Shown here in pieces: positions 1 to 12,715 of a stretch of DNA of 64,000 nt. Under the pieces are notes generated by a model. The model had not been told where the DNA came from and did not search any database. It was given only the letters and a program-made list of their open reading frames with translations. Source of the DNA: Trichodelitschia bisporula (Eukaryota); the NCBI GenBank assembly GCA_010356995.1, contig ML996691.1:1122174-1186173 (forward strand), given 5' to 3'. Each line of letters begins with the position of its first letter. Within the stretch, counting starts at the first letter, position 1. The position numbers and the translations under genes were made by a program.

Positions 1-332
<332 letters not shown>

Positions 333-467
333 TCAGACAGAGAAGATGGTGAGCGTCGAAAGTTTCGGGGGCGAAGACGACGATTATATCCCCGAGTACC
401 ATGGTAGCACGCGATATACGTAGTATACATGGCCTTGGGCCCAGCTGCACCCCCCCCCCCCCCCCCC

Positions 468-482
468 NNNNNNNNNNNNNNN
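468..482. other. Assembly gap (15 N) after a poly-C run
   Basis: N run visible in the sequence. Confidence 0.99.
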
Positions 483-892
483 TTACTTTTAGCTAATTGA
501 GACATGGCAGTGCTCAATTGCGTGGATGGCGACATGACCTCGGTTGTCATCTTCCAGGCATTGTCGCTGGGATTAAGATGGTATCACGGGTCTACCACAG
601 TAGACAGCGCGCAACACGCGTCGCTAGGATGTTCTCAACTGCGGGGATCGTTGGCTTGTCGTGAGGGGGAAGGCTAGGCATCGCCGCCTAAGGCCACCCG
701 CATAAGGTTACCCAACATTTCCTGCCTGTGGGGATGCAAATGGGAAGAATTGGGAAGGGATCTGCCTGCGTGCGAGCCAGTCGGCTTGCAACGGGAGTCG
801 GACTGGAAACTGAGCCTGAGATGGAAGGTGGATGACGCGCATTGATAGAGGTGGAACGGTGGAAAAGTATGTAGTATGTACCGTAGTTCTAG

Positions 893-1213
893 TCAGAGCC
901 GGGTAACCACCGTGAGAGCCGGGTAACCACCACGCCTCGGCCCGCGGTACGGAAACGAGCTGCAGCCCACTTCGCCCACCGACCAAGGGCCTCATTGATA
1001 AAATTATGTTCACTACCGCGGATAGACCTCTTCCAAAAGTCGGAGGGAGGCGAACGTGACTTTTAGGGTAGCCCTTGGAACCCCGACTGCAGCCATCGCC
1101 GCCGAGTCCAGTACCCCTCCATCGCCGTCAAGTGTCCAAGATAAATGGAAGGTGGTCAGATCCGGGTAACCGCCACCAGAGCCGGGTAACCACCACGCCA
1201 TGCGCGGGTAACC
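893..1213. promoter_or_regulatory. Duplicated ~45-bp module carrying clustered CCGGGTAACC motifs in the divergent BVMO/RasGEF intergenic region
   Basis: CCGGGTAACC at 899, 919, 1162 and 1182, and CGGGTAACC at 1205. Segments 893-936 and 1156-1199 are near-copies. The core matches the yeast Reb1 site CCGGGTAA. Confidence 0.5.
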
Positions 1214-1777
1214 TCGCAGCCGCAGCGAAGCGCCCTCCGCGCGGAACTCGCCGCAACAACACTCACCCACCGTTCGGTCTACACGCCGCCAAACGCACCC
1301 GAATCTGCCCTCAAAAACCCAACGCCGCTCCAGCCGCCGGCACGCCGCCGGACTACCCGTAGCCGCCGCGCGGAAAGACGCCGCCGCGGCTTCCTCGAGC
1401 CGCACCCTCCACCATCTCTTAGCCCTCGTCTCATCCGCCGCCTCATCCCACAATCTCACGATCAGCACCGACTAGCGCAGAAAAAAAATCACACATCACA
1501 TCCAAGACCGCACATCTCGCCCCCCCCCGGCCTCACTCGGTCCATGGTGCCGGTCCCGTCGTGGCATCATGGAGATAGTTCTACTCTCCTCCCCTGGTCT
1601 CTCCCTCAGAGAAAAACGCGCATACCATCCTCGCGAGCTGCACAATTCCACAGACGCGGTTATTCTCCGGCCGCGCAGAGATCAGAGGCCGGGGGGGGTG
1701 GAGATCAAGTGTGCTTGGAGTGTGCTCGGTGCGGTAGGTGGGCGGGGTTGATGTACGCGAGTCAGTGGACCGGGGGG

Positions 1778-1847
1778 NNNNNNNNNNNNNNNNNNNNNNN
1801 NNNNNNNNNNNNNNNNNNNNNNNNNNNNNNNNNNNNNNNNNNNNNNN
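1778..1847. other. Assembly gap (70 N) flanked by G runs
   Basis: N run visible in the sequence. Confidence 0.99.
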
Positions 1848-2925
1848 GGGCGCATGTGGAAGCTCGATGGTGGGGGGTGTGATTGTGGTGATAGGGAATT
1901 GAGCGACGAAGAGGCGCGGGTGGGGGAAGTGTTGAAAGCGAAGTACCGCGAGTGGTGAAGCCGGACGTGAAGTCTCACGGCTCAGTCGCGTTCGTCGTCC
2001 TCGCGCCCATCGTCGCCGTTGTCGACTGTCGTCGACCGTCGCAGTGCTTGCCTCGACCGCAATGCTTCCCGACGGCCCCTCGCTGCCCACCGGGACCACC
2101 CTGTATGCGAATCCTCACCTCCCGCAAGCTCCCACCGAAGTGCCTGAAGAAAGACGCGCGAGAAGCATGCTTGTATCCGAGCCAGCCGAGCTCTCTTCTT
2201 CATCGATCGGTGTTGCCTCGAAAGCAATCGGGATATTGAAGCGGGACGGTGCATGGGAAAGCCGTTGGCAAGGTGTCGTGTATTGATTGTGCGTAGATCT
2301 GTGGTAGGTGGTACGGATGTGTCGTCAGTGATCGGTTGTTGCTGTTGTGCCGCCCTGCCGCAAGGGAGAGAGTGAGCGTGTCTGCGTCTCCACCGTAGGG
2401 CACGAGTCGCCTGTTTTTAGCGCACCCCCCCCCCGCCTGTGAAGGGGAGGATTAGGCGGTACCCCCCCCCCCCTGTGCCGGTGACCAGATGCACGTTTAC
2501 TGCACACTTTCACTGCACTTTCTAACTGAACATCGACTGCGAGCCTACTGTACAGCCTACATCTACGGCTCATTGACTGTACACATTCAACAGCCCGTCC
2601 AAAACAGTACAATGCAAGTTCCATGCCGCACAAAGTGACGTCTCGTACCGCTCGTGCCTCTCGCCATCTCCGCGTAGCTCGTACCAGTAACCCGTACCGG
2701 CAACTCGTGCCAGTAGTGGGGATTCAGCGTGGGCAGTTGATCACGGACCAGCCCCCAGGCAGCGCGCCCCCCCCCCCCCTCCCCCAGCCCCAAAGCCGCC
2801 GTGCAAGCCAAAAGCCATTACTAACCAACCAAAGCTTCGCAAACCGCATCTCAGGATCTGAGAAGGGAGCAGAATGTGACTGGTGGACAACTGACTCCTC
2901 ATCCTCCTCCTCTCACTCGTCCTCA

Positions 2926-2930
<5 letters not shown>

Positions 2931-2970
<40 letters not shown>

Positions 2971-3000
2971 TTCATCTTCATCTTCATCTTCTTCTTCTTC
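2931..3000 (+). repeat. Compound microsatellite (CT)~18 + (ATCTTC)4 + (TTC)n in the likely 5' leader of the RasGEF gene
   Basis: Directly visible; a pyrimidine tract about 100-160 nt upstream of ATG 3092. Confidence 0.95.
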
Positions 3001-3091
3001 CTCTGCCTCTTCCTCCCTCTCCTTCGACTCCCTCCATCCAGCTTCATCATCGCGACATGTCCTACTCGCAGTAACACACCATACGCATCCA

Positions 3092-6000
3092 ATGCCGCGT
3101 CTCCCCCCGCCGCAATCCCAGTCCTCGTCCATCATCACCCCTCTCCCCAGCAAAACAGCAACACCACCAGGCCCAGGCAACAAGACACCCTCATCGCCAT
3201 CCAAGCTCCCCCTCACCGGCCAACCACGCATCAAACCCTCGGCTCCTCTACCCAGTAGCACCACCCGCCGCTCGCGCCATTCCTTGCGCGCCGCGCCCAC
3301 CAGTAGCAAACATGTAGCCTCCGCGCCCGCATTCACACCCGCAATGCCCGTCCTCGACCGGTCAGAACCCGCGAACCCTCCCACAGCCGCGGCCAGCAGC
3401 ACCTTGCGCGATCCCAATGCCGCGCGACTGCGCGCCCACGGACGGCAGTTCACCGTCGGCAACATCGGGAACAACGGGCGCATCTATCTCAGGTACGCAC
3501 GCCTTCTATATTGCCCTACCCGATCTCCTCTCTCCCAATATTACATCTTACCTATCCTCACTCGCGCTCCATATTACCTCCCCATCTCCCCTTCCCGCTT
3601 CACCCTATACCCATCCCCCATCTCCTCCCCCATTGCGTCGATCCGCAATTAACCCCCCAACTACAGACCCGTAATCCGGCCCGCCGCCGCCGCCCACCGC
3701 GCTCCTCACGATCCCACCTCCCCAACCCCACCCTTCCACTTCTCCCCACCGCCCAACGACACCACCACCCTCGCGCCCCCTACAACCCCGCGCCGCCCCC
3801 GCCCCGTCTCCTCCCTCGCCCGCGAAAGTACCTTCTCCAGCACAACACGCACCGCCCGCGCCCCCGAACCCGCACCGCGCGATGTCCCCTCCTCCCCCTC
3901 TCCCCCGCGCGCAACAACGCACATCAGAGCGCACAGCTTCAGCACCGTCGACGAGCACACCGCGCCGCAGCGGCCCACCATCGAAGCACCCGGCATCTTC
4001 AAGGTCGTGATCCACCGCGCGCCCGCCGCACGGCGGGGGAAGCCCTCCGGCGCGAATCTGAAGTCCCCCGTCCTCGAAGTCCCGATTCCGCATTACCGCC
4101 TCGGCACCCCGCAATTCGGCCTCGGGGGCACCGCGATCCTGCGCTCGTCAGTGTACACGCGTAGCTCCGGGCGCGACGGGGGGACGAGCACGCCAGCGCG
4201 CGAGGATCGCCGCGCGCGCGAAACGCGGGACAGCGAGATGGGGCGGCTGGCGGAGGAGTTCCCGCTGTCATCACTAGAAGGGGACATGCCGCGCTCGCGC
4301 TCCAGCTTCACATGCCCAACAACCCAGCCCAGCGCCACGCAACTCGCCCCCCGCATCTACGACGCACTAGTCGAAGCGCCGGACGACGCGAGCGTCGTGC
4401 GTTACTCTTCCTCAACAGGCGAGATCACAGCCGCGACGCCGTCGCGCCTGATCGCGCACATCACATCCCCTTCCTTCCTGGACTACGAGCTGCTGTCCGA
4501 TTTCTTCCTCACCTTCCGCTCGTTCCTCGCGGCGGAGGATCTGGCCGCGTTCCTCGTGGCGCGGCTGCGCTGGGCTGTCGACCGGAGCGATGATTTCGGG
4601 CGTATAGTGCGGGTGCGCACGTTTGTCGCGCTGCGGCACTGGATTCTGAATTACTTCCGCGACGACTTTGTACCGGATTTCGAGCTGCGGATTGCATTTT
4701 GCGCGCTTGTTAATGCGCTTTACCGTGATCTGCGGGCGCGCGACGCGGGTGTGACCGTGGCATCGGGACCCGGAACCGGGGCGGGCGCGGCGGGGGACAT
4801 CAAGATCATCGGCGAGTTGAAGAAGTGCTGGCGGCGCACCTGCGCGTTCCACCTCGACAGCGTGGACGACGCGACAAGTCCCGAGGACGACATCCTCCCC
4901 GGCCGCTCCGCGCTGTCCTCCGCCGAAGACCTCTTCTCGCTGAATCCGGCGCCCACGCAACAGCCCCCACCGCAAGCTACGCAGGGCCACTCAACCAAGC
5001 CCTCGACGACCTCAGCGCCCTATTCCCAGCCTTCAGCCCCACACACCCAATCCCACCCACACTCCTCCTTCCACTCGCAGGTGCACCACCCCCCCCTCTC
5101 CCCCGCTTCCGACTTCTCAATGCACATCCTCTCCTGCTCGCTCCCGAGCCGGCACCCGCGGCCCGACGGCGAAATCCCGCTCTTCCCGCATCCCGTCCCC
5201 CTCCCCGCAGGCAGCAGCACCCACTCCCCCGCCCCCAGCCGCATCCACCACGCGCACAAGCGCAGCGGCTCCTTCTCCGACGCCCTCCGCGCTAGGCCCC
5301 GCGCCCCTGTAGCCGCAGACTACGACGCGCCCAGCGCCAGCGCGCCCAGCTCCTACGACTCCGTGTACTACAACTACCTGCCGCCGAGCAGCCTGGTGCA
5401 CGGGCTGGTCTATGCGCCCGTCTCCCCGCTCTTCGACATGAAGCCGGTGCCACCCGCAGTTAAATTCCGCCCGGACGCACCGCCCGAGCCCCCGCCGCAG
5501 CCGCCGAAAGCACCCCCCGCAAGCCCCGGCGTCAAGCGCCTCCTAGGGACCGTCCGCCGCGCCCTGTCCACGCGCCAAATCGCCCCGCAGTGGGTGCCGG
5601 ACCCCATGCCCCGGGCTTATCCGCGTGGTGCGGCGGCGAGCGCGTCGGAGCTTGGTCTTGGACCTGACACGCATAACCAGCTCCCGCCGAGTCTGGGCAA
5701 GAAGCGCGCGACGCGCCCGCAGATGCGCATTGACCTGCTGTCCGCACGAGTAGGGGAGTCGTTCGCGGCGATCGTGCGGTCCGCGGAGGAAGAAGAGGAG
5801 CGCGAAAGGCGCGGCGAGGCGCGGGATGCGGGGCCGGGGGCGCGGAGCGGATACCCTGTTTTCGGGCGCAGCTTTACGGTGGGCAGTCGTAGTATCGTTA
5901 TTGTTGATGATACGGGCTCGGCCGCAGGCGAGCATCCCCTCCCCGGGGAGGGGAAAGTCTCGTTCGCGCCGGTCCTCCCAAGTGTGAGCGGCGATGAGGC

Positions 6001-8448
6001 GAGTCTGCGCGAGGCATTTATCGCATCGAGTCGTGCGCCGCCCGTACCGCGCGTGCCGAGCGTGCATCGCGATGCGGGGGTTAGCATTGACAGCGTGCTG
6101 GGACTGGTCAAGGGGTATAAACCCCGCGCTGCGGTCCCAGGCGTAGCGAGCCCTGGCAACAATAAACCACCCGTGTATATCCCGACGGGCTTCCACCCGC
6201 CGCTCGATCCGCGCACGAGCGTGCGCCGCGCCGTCTCGGGACATATCCAGCCGCTGTCCGGCTGGAGCGAGCGCGACCGCGAAGCCTCGCTCACCCGCGG
6301 CGCGTTCGCGAATAGCATGCGCGCGGACAGCGAGCGCAGCAGTACGCTACGGAGGTATGCGTCGTATCACGGGGGCGGCTCTGTGGGAATGTCGCCTGCG
6401 CCGCTCGTTCGGTGGGTGCATGCCGACGCCGATGCTGAGGCTGGGGCTGAAGCGGACGCCGATGCCGAGGCCGATGAATCCGGGCTGGACGAGGCCTTCG
6501 TCCTGGCGCCCGCGCCGCCGCGGCAACTCCGGCGCCGGCCTGGAGGGGATCTCAAAGCTGCGGTTCAGGTGCTCGATTTGCGGCCCGCAGTACGGCGTCC
6601 GCGGTCGGCGGGCTCGCTCAGCGGGAGCAGTTTTGCGGCTAGCGGGGTCGGGTCGTTCAGTATGAGTCCTGGGCACCGGCGGTTGCGGTCTGGGTCCGCG
6701 CATGTGATGAGTAGTCCGCCTGGGGCGGGCAGGCGCAAGAGCATCAGTTTGATTCTGACGCATAGTAGTCAGCCGAATTTGCGCCCGTCGTTTGAGATTG
6801 AGGTTGCCAAGTTGGCGGCGTTGCCGGATGATGTTGCGGATGGGGGAAGGGAGGCGGCGTTGCGGAAGTTGGAGGGGAGGGATGGGGGGGAGGGGGGGGT
6901 GGAGATGGGGTGGAGAGCGGAGGAGGAAGAGCGCCCGCGTACGAGAGGCCATTTGGTACCTGGCGAGTCGGATCTCAACCGCACGCTCCCTTCGTCTGGA
7001 CTCGGCAGCGCGGTGCACCGTATGACGTCGCATTCCGCCTCCGCGTCCGATGTATCCTACTCCTCCATCCCCCTTCTCGAACGCGGGCTCAGCACCTCCG
7101 GCCCGACCAAACCGCCCCCTCCCGCGACGGGCGAATCCGACGACGAAGGCGGCGTCGCTGTACCAGCCGTGCACCTCCCGTCCCCCACCGGCAGCAGCAT
7201 GTCCCACATTCACAGCACGGACAGCCTACGCCGCATCCCGAAGGGAGCAACGCAGCCCCTGCGCGCCTCCCCCATCATCCATGCCTCCTTTTTGCTCGAC
7301 GACAACCAGGATCTAAGCGACTCGTCCAGCGTCCTCTTCACCACGGAAGGCGGCAGTGAGTCCGAACCCCGCTCCCAGGGCGTGCGCAGCTTCTTCGACG
7401 ACGAGCCCCTGGATGCGGAGACAGTCTTCACCCACCCCCTGCGCCACCCGGACACGCCCCCGCCCACCGCGCCGACGCTCTTCGCGCAGGGCCTGCCGAC
7501 GCCGGGGGTCACGCCCGTGGCCCATGGGTTCGATGCGCATATCCATCCTGCCATGCGGCGGGCGAGTCCGGGCGAGCCGGCGCCCGCGCAGCATGGTCCC
7601 GCGCATTTGCCGTTTATCCTGGCGCATGATGTGGAGACGCTGGTGCAGCAGATGACGCTGATTGAGAAGAGCGCGCTGGACGAGATCGACTGGAACGAGC
7701 TTATCGAGCTGCGGTGGAACCAGGCGGCGCCACGTGTGCGCGATTGGGCGGCATATCTGGCCTCCCACCCGAGTGCGCGGGGCGTGGATCTGGTGATTGC
7801 GCGGTTTAATCTCGTGGCTAAGTGGGCGGTGAGCGAGGTGGTGTTGACGGAGGAGGTGGAAGAGAGGGCGAGGACGGTGGCGCAGTTTATACGCGTGGCT
7901 GGCGAGGCGAGGAAGGTACGGAATTATGCTACGATGTACCAGATCACGGTGGCGTTGCTTAGTGCCGACTGTGCACGGTTGAAGGCGACGTGGTCGCGGG
8001 TTCCCGAGGCGGAGATGCGCTTGCTGAGGGAGTTGGAGGATGTAGTCCGCCCCGTGAGGAATTTTTGGAATTTGAGGGGTGAGATGGAGGGGGGTGTGGG
8101 GATTGAGGGCGGGGAGGGGTGTATTCCGTTTATTGGTAAGTTTCGGTTTCGGGTCCGTATGGGGGGGTGGGGCTAATCCGGGGTACAGGCATTTATACGC
8201 GCGACCTTGTGTACAACGCGTCGAAGCCGCCGTATATCAGCACGCCACCGTTGAATCCGCTCGAGCCGCTGGTCAATTTCGAGAGGCATCATACGGCGGC
8301 GACGGTGGTGAAGAGTCTGCTGCGTTTGCTGGAGGCGAGTTCGCGGTATACGTATGCCGTCGAGCCGAATGTTATTGCGAAGTGTCTTTGGTTGGCGGCG
8401 CTAGGGGATGAGGAGATTGCGGCGAGGTCGAGGATGTGTGAGCCGTAG
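3092..8448 (+). CDS. LTE1: Lte1-like Ras guanine-nucleotide exchange factor, ~1,709 aa. Exons 3092-3492, 3667-8135, 8189-8448 (alternative start ATG 3344)
   Basis: REM/RasGEF_N segment ATPSRLIAHITSPSFLDYELLSDFFLTFRSFL...RTFVALRHWILNYF. CDC25-type C-terminus QMTLIEKSAL...RNYATMYQI...CIPFIG|IYTRDL. Introns 3493-3666 and 8136-8188 (GT-AG) join the ORF pieces in frame. Confidence 0.85.
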
Positions 8449-9514
8449 GTTGTTTTCTTTTGGGTCCGGGAAGTGCGGGTAGCGAGGCGTTGAGGGTGCT
8501 GGGCTGGATTGTGTTGGTACGCATGGGCTCTTTTGGGATCGGTTGGGTGGGCGGTGGTTGCTGGGACTCTGAGCGGTGATATCCCGATGAGCGATGGTGT
8601 TGGCCTAGACCTGTCTTTTCTGGTTGGGGATCTAATGGTAACGGATGTTGGTGGGGAGTGGGCTGGTTGTTGACTGGGCCGCTTTTCGTTTTGATACCGG
8701 CCACGTTAATGGAAACATAGGCTTGACAAGCGCAATGGTTACGGGTGAGGTAAAAGGTTGATAAAAGATGAAGAGGAGAGGAGAGTCAAGAGGCGCTCGA
8801 GACTAAATACGGATTACATAACGATGCCAAGTATCCTCCTATGTTCCTTCCTCCTATCATGTGCACATTACATCATATGCGCCCTGTTCTTTCCTGTCTA
8901 TCAATGCCCCTTTCCTATGTCTACATCACACGTTTGCCCTGGTGAGGAGGAAGCCCGGAAAGCCGACGCATCGGCGCGGGGTAGCGTGGGACTGTGACAA
9001 TGAGCTTCGCCGCAATGGATCTTTACGCACTTCGCTAGCCAGAGTATGATTACGAGAAACCTGGGTGCTGACGCTCATGGCTTCTATTTTCATGGGTTAC
9101 AGAGGCATGCAATGCCCAAGTCTTTGCCTTTGGTTTAGAACATCTGGTTCTGGTTTCTCAAGCTCAGGGTTTTCTAGATACAAGAATCCCTCAGAGATAT
9201 ATGATATGTTCCCATTGTCTTCCCATCCCCTCTCCGACCTGATGCCTTCGCAGCCTCGCCTGATCAATCCTCCCTTATATATGATCACGGATACTGCGCC
9301 AAGAACGACAAGACCTATGAGGCTCTGGCACAGAAGCGAAACCCTCGAAACCGCTGGATCGCTGCTCGCTTTGGCTTTTTGGGTGTGGATCATAGTTGCG
9401 CTGTGATATATGACACCCTTGAAGAAGCCTTATCCTCTTCGACCGGCGAACTTCGGGCAAGTATATAGGCGCTGGCCGAGGTCTGTCCCTCGGTGTAGGA
9501 GTAGCGGGCACGAC

Positions 9515-9571
9515 GAATGGGACAGTGAGTCCATCAGCAAAGCCGATGATAGCATCCCGCAGATATTCGCT
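9515..9571 (-). pseudogene. Isolated fragment resembling the N-terminal signature of the VIT1/CCC1 vacuolar iron transporter
   Basis: Translates to SEYLRDAIIGFADGLTVPF (family pattern RDxIIGxADGLTVPFAL). Similarity stops abruptly, and no ATG or remaining transmembrane helices were found. Confidence 0.55.
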
Positions 9572-11366
9572 CTGTTTTGACGGGTTGCGTGAGCGATCGC
9601 CCCTTGCAAAAGCGGAGTAAAGAGCCTGTTGCCCGGAACTCTTCGCTATAGTAGGCACTCCCTGACCGTACGGATTGTATATGTCCTAATACGCGTGAGT
9701 ATTGTAAAGTCGGATATGGATGAGACGGACTAACCGATGGTCTCTCATTCGAGCCCTTGAGCTTATCTAGCGCGCGCTGCACAAGAATATGGCGACACAT
9801 CGGCAGGATGAAAGCAATCGTCGTACCAGACCTCTCATCGTCCACTTCCTCTGCGGCAGAGGGAGTTTTCCAAGCCAAGAAGATGACTTATCCGCTGCGC
9901 AAGAGTGAAATGGTGCGTGGCGGAGGGAGCTTTGCAAGCCAAGAGGACAATCTATCCGCTGCGCAAGAGTGAACCTACCGTGAGAAACCCGCGGGACAAT
10001 GTGAAGGGTGAACCAAACTTTACTGACTCCTGAAGGTTGAGAGCACCGAGGGAATATGCGTACTTACGAAGCAACCCATCCAACGTCCATTTGACCACTT
10101 CATCGTCTCGACAACATCTCCAGCCACTCGGATAATACGCCATATCATCCCTCCGTCTCCTGCTCTGCTGCAGCGTCACTGCGGCGTTGATGTCGGCGAC
10201 GAGCTCCGACAGTAAGTATGTTCCGCCCGAAAGCTCTGGCCAAGCCCCGAACCATGGGCGAGTTTGATGCTTGTCGGCTGCCAAATCAAGCTTCATAGTC
10301 CTTAGCATCTTCGGTCGGATATGCAAGGCTGGATACCAGTTTCAAGCTCCCGATCCCGTCCGGTTGCACGTGAGGCATTCTGATCCCAATGTTCCGGATG
10401 GGTACCATTTTCGGCCGGACAATAACTCCACAAAATGCAATCGTAGGCCTCAGGGCGTCCGACCCATTCGAGAAACGGCTGATGCAGACCGAAACGTGCA
10501 GTATCTCGACAAGCTTCCAGGACTTTAGCAACGCATTGCCGATTTTCGGACTGCAGGACTCAAGATCTCCAAATGCTGCCCCGAATGCATCAGCACCAGT
10601 GTCCAGCATGCACCTCCCCTGTTTCGCGGCAAAATGATCGTGCATAAGACCTTAGAAATCATCATATATGTTAAAATGACCGGTTCATGCACCGGCGATG
10701 AAGTCGTAGTGAGGTGGGACGGAAGAAAGTAAACCCTAGTGACCCTCCCACCCATGATGCCCATGCACAAAGTGGGGCTGTGCACGCTTCCCCTCCAAAT
10801 GAGCAACCGGTCTCTCTCTCCCCTGCACGGCAACGGCCGCCATACCAATAGTCGGCACTGATCGAAGTGAGTGGGAGCCTGGCCCAAACTTCCCATCTTC
10901 CAACCACATCTCCGTACGGCGCCATGGAAATAATCACAGCCACCTCCAACCGTATATCTGAACAGACGCACACACTGTTAACCCAGGAACCCTAGTCCTT
11001 TCTCTCCTAGAACCAACCATCGCAAATTATGTAGACCCGTTAACGGCACATCCCGCCTCTCAACCGGCGGTCCCGTCTCCTTGCTTTGACTCCCGAAGCT
11101 CAGCCCCAGTGTCGGGTGGCAGCCTGCCACACGGCGCTCTACCATACCTTTCCCTCGGTGGTCTGCACAGATCGAGAACGCCGTGGCTTGCTGTGTCGAT
11201 GGCTAGTGGTCGATCTCACCGGGCACGATTTTTTTATGTATGGCTGAAGCGTGGGGCTGCCAGAACGACGGGAAGAGCCGTTTTACCTAAATTATTAAGA
11301 GCTTGTTGCCCTCGTCTTCGCGGTGCTGTTTTGGTTTTCGTCGCCTTCACTCTTTGATCTGTCGTC

Positions 11367-12636
11367 ATGATGCGGTCCTTGCTGGGTTTCGCGCTTCTAG
11401 CACATGGAGCGTTCGCTGCGAGTGCCAGTATGTAGACCCTGGGGCGATCTGATATTAATGAGAACCTAATCGATCCTCCAGGCCCACCATTCTCCAACTC
11501 GTCCAGTACAAGCACCTATGCCTCCAGCAGTAATGCTCCCGCGGCTCTGCGACTAGAACCGAGCCCTTCCTCCTCTGGCAGTTCATCACCGTCCAGTTCA
11601 TCACCATCCGTCTCCGGCAGCCTAGGCTCCTGCGCCGCAAATTGCCGCTACGATGCCATTCGAACGGGCTACATCTGGATACGCCAGCGAATCACGGCCG
11701 AAATAGTCGCCGCAACAGTCATATACGTCGTGAACAACCGCACCAACACCACACGTACCCTCACCAAACTCGCCCCCCTCCCCGCGGGCCTCACCCTCCC
11801 ACCCACCAACGCCGCCGGCACCCACGTCGTTACAGTATCCTACAACAACTTTGGCACTCCAGCCCAGACAGTCATGTAAGCCCCTCCTCCCCACACACCG
11901 CCCTTCTGACGCTCCAGCGCCTACCCAACCGGCTACGAAGCCTTCCCCGCCGTATATTCCTGGTGGGGCACGCTCCCGACCGTCACAGCCGGGAAGTCGA
12001 GCTGCGTCACTGCAACGACCCCCGCCATCACCGTGCCCATCAAGTCCTTCGCCACGACACAGGCTGCATCCGATGAGACTACAGCAGCCGACGACCCCGT
12101 CGGGTTTGAATACAAACTGTTCGACTTCGGGTGTCATGTCCAGCTGGACCCCTCCATTGCGCCGAACGACGCAGCGCTTTCGCTGTGCCATCAGAACGCT
12201 ATGTGCGGGATTTCAGTGGAGAATACTGCAAGGTTTCTGACCGAGACGAGCACGAGCCATGAGGATACGCCCGCTGATCCGACACCAGCGCCAGCTCCGC
12301 CTACAAATAAGCAGACACCAAATGACCCTCCGCCTGCGAGTAAACAGACGCCCAATGATCCCCCGCCGGAGAATAAGCAGCCTCCGAGCGATTCTCAGCA
12401 GAAGCAGGATCCTGTGCCCACTCCTGCGAAGCAAGATCCGCCTAGTTTGGGGGATACGATTGCAGGTGCGGTTATTGGAGGTACAAATGGGAAGTCTGAT
12501 CCGGGCTCTGGCTCGGCATCGGGGTCTGGATCAGGGTCTGGCTCCGGTTCCGGTTCCGGCTCAGGTTCAGGTTCTGGTTCAGGCTCTGGTGGTTCAGGTT
12601 CAGGTTCTGGTTCAGGCTCTGGTGGTTCAGGATCTG

Positions 12637-12715
<79 letters not shown>

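Noticed and set aside
1400..2400. Possible small gene around the 70-N gap
   Set aside because: No recognisable domain or coherent splice model, and the gap prevents assessment.
2876..3091. GTG-started extension of the RasGEF through the CT microsatellite
   Set aside because: The open frame is explained by the stop-free pyrimidine repeat; more likely 5' UTR.
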